58,739 bases of DNA from Candidatus Hodarchaeota archaeon. Lineage in GTDB: Archaea > Asgardarchaeota > Heimdallarchaeia > Hodarchaeales > Hodarchaeaceae. Below, piece by piece: positions 58,004 through 58,739 of the stretch. Within the stretch, counting starts at the first letter, position 1, and each line of letters starts with the position of its first letter. A program made the translations under genes and the position numbers. The notes beneath the pieces were generated by a model that saw only the letters and a program-made list of their open reading frames with translations, ran no database searches and was not told the origin of the DNA. The stretch covers positions 1 through 58,739 of the forward strand of contig JAEOTM010000170.1 in NCBI GenBank assembly GCA_016839815.1. Reading direction: 5' to 3'.

Positions 58004-58387
58004 ATGTCTTTCTGCAAATATTGTGGTAATAAACTTACAGAGGAGGCTTTTATGGGTTATTGTAGCCTGAATTGTTTAGCTGGATTTTCCAAAGGTCATT
58101 CTCACCCTAAGAGGGAAGAATATACATCTGTTCACCCGTTTTTATCTTTTGATTATCATGGTATTCCTCTGTACGAAGCAAAAACACGAATTGTTGAAGA
58201 TGTTATTGAAGCTTTCGAAAGTGGAGTTGAAGAAGTTCGTTTAATTCATGGTTACAAACATGGACAAGCGATAAAAGCTTACATATGGGGGAAAGCATTA
58301 CATCGTGAAGTCCGAGCTCTACGACCCGATATCAGCTTTCGGATTCAGAAGGGTTCTACTCGGGGAGTTAGCCTCATCAGATTCTAA
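58004..58387 (+). CDS. Smr-domain protein with N-terminal C4 zinc finger
   Basis: CKYC-x12-CSLNC, then Smr motifs DYHG....EA, LIHGYKHG and G.T/S.I. Confidence 0.75.
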   Translation: MSFCKYCGNKLTEEAFMGYCSLNCLAGFSKGHSHPKREEYTSVHPFLSFDYHGIPLYEAKTRIVEDVIEAFESGVEEVRLIHGYKHGQAIKAYIWGKALHREVRALRPDISFRIQKGSTRGVSLIRF

Positions 58388-58500
58388 TCAAAGTCTCGAT
58401 ATAAATTTGAATAATTTATAACTAATAGCATTATTACCTAAAAATTCGTTTATCAGATTTAAACTTAATAAACTACCCATTCTAATAGTCAGTGATCCCA

Positions 58501-58739
58501 ATGGCAATGTCATCGGAAGTTGTATTAGGTATTATCTTAATCACTCTTGCTATGATAGTTGTAATTAGTTTAGCAGGCTATTCACTTATTCAAGTTCTCT
58601 TTTATGGAAGAAAAAGGTATATATTGCAAAAAATCCCTGAGAAGGGAGCTGATTCTGTACTAACAGGAGCTGATCTCTCAAGAGATATGACTGTAACTCA
58701 AGCTACGATGACTGGTGTAGGTGCCATGATAGGGGCTGG
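58501..58739 (+). CDS. APC-family amino acid permease (3'-truncated by the window end)
   Basis: Read by hand: an extra N-terminal TM, then LSRDMTVTQATMTGVGAMIGAG (APC TM1 signature). Confidence 0.7.
   Translation, partial: MAMSSEVVLGIILITLAMIVVISLAGYSLIQVLFYGRKRYILQKIPEKGADSVLTGADLSRDMTVTQATMTGVGAMIGA

Noticed and set aside
1-58739. CRISPR arrays, tRNA or rRNA genes, IS elements
   Set aside because: No regularly spaced repeats, no GC-rich cloverleaf or rRNA-like tracts and no transposase ORFs were recognised. All intergenic gaps are short (about 400 bp or less) and AT-rich.

Overview
AT-rich, gene-dense archaeal chromosome segment with about 55 CDS. It most likely comes from an Asgard archaeon (Heimdallarchaeia/Hodarchaeales-like). 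That assignment is an inference from a type II Met aminopeptidase, an AbrB-PhoU regulator, TATA-like promoters and GGTGA RBSs, an Asgard-style RING protein and surface proteins with CTERM-like tails. No rRNA, tRNA, CRISPR array or transposase was recognised. The standout is a ~12.7 kb island (17330-30054) encoding a complete phosphoenolpyruvate:sugar phosphotransferase system (EI, HPr and galactitol-family EIIA/EIIB/EIIC). It is clustered with a DegT-family aminotransferase, DeoC, a class II aldolase, a Zn-dependent dehydrogenase, SgcQ/BtpA, YjbQ, a 2TM+PLD-like protein and an AbrB-PhoU regulator. This is a candidate undescribed uptake and catabolic pathway for an amino- or deoxy-polyol. Other notable items: an IscS lacking the PLP lysine in an iscS-iscU-tusA operon, a 7TM+DHp sensor without an ATPase domain next to a receiver, a RING-finger protein, cytochrome bd (cydAB), a BtrH-PadR-GyrI operon with two candidate operators, an OLD nuclease with a non-canonical Walker B, two orphan DNA methyltransferases, a Zn-finger Smr protein and an unannotated 44-aa four-Cys microprotein. 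The remainder is mostly peptidases, hydrolases and transporters. All calls come from motif reading by eye; no database search was run.
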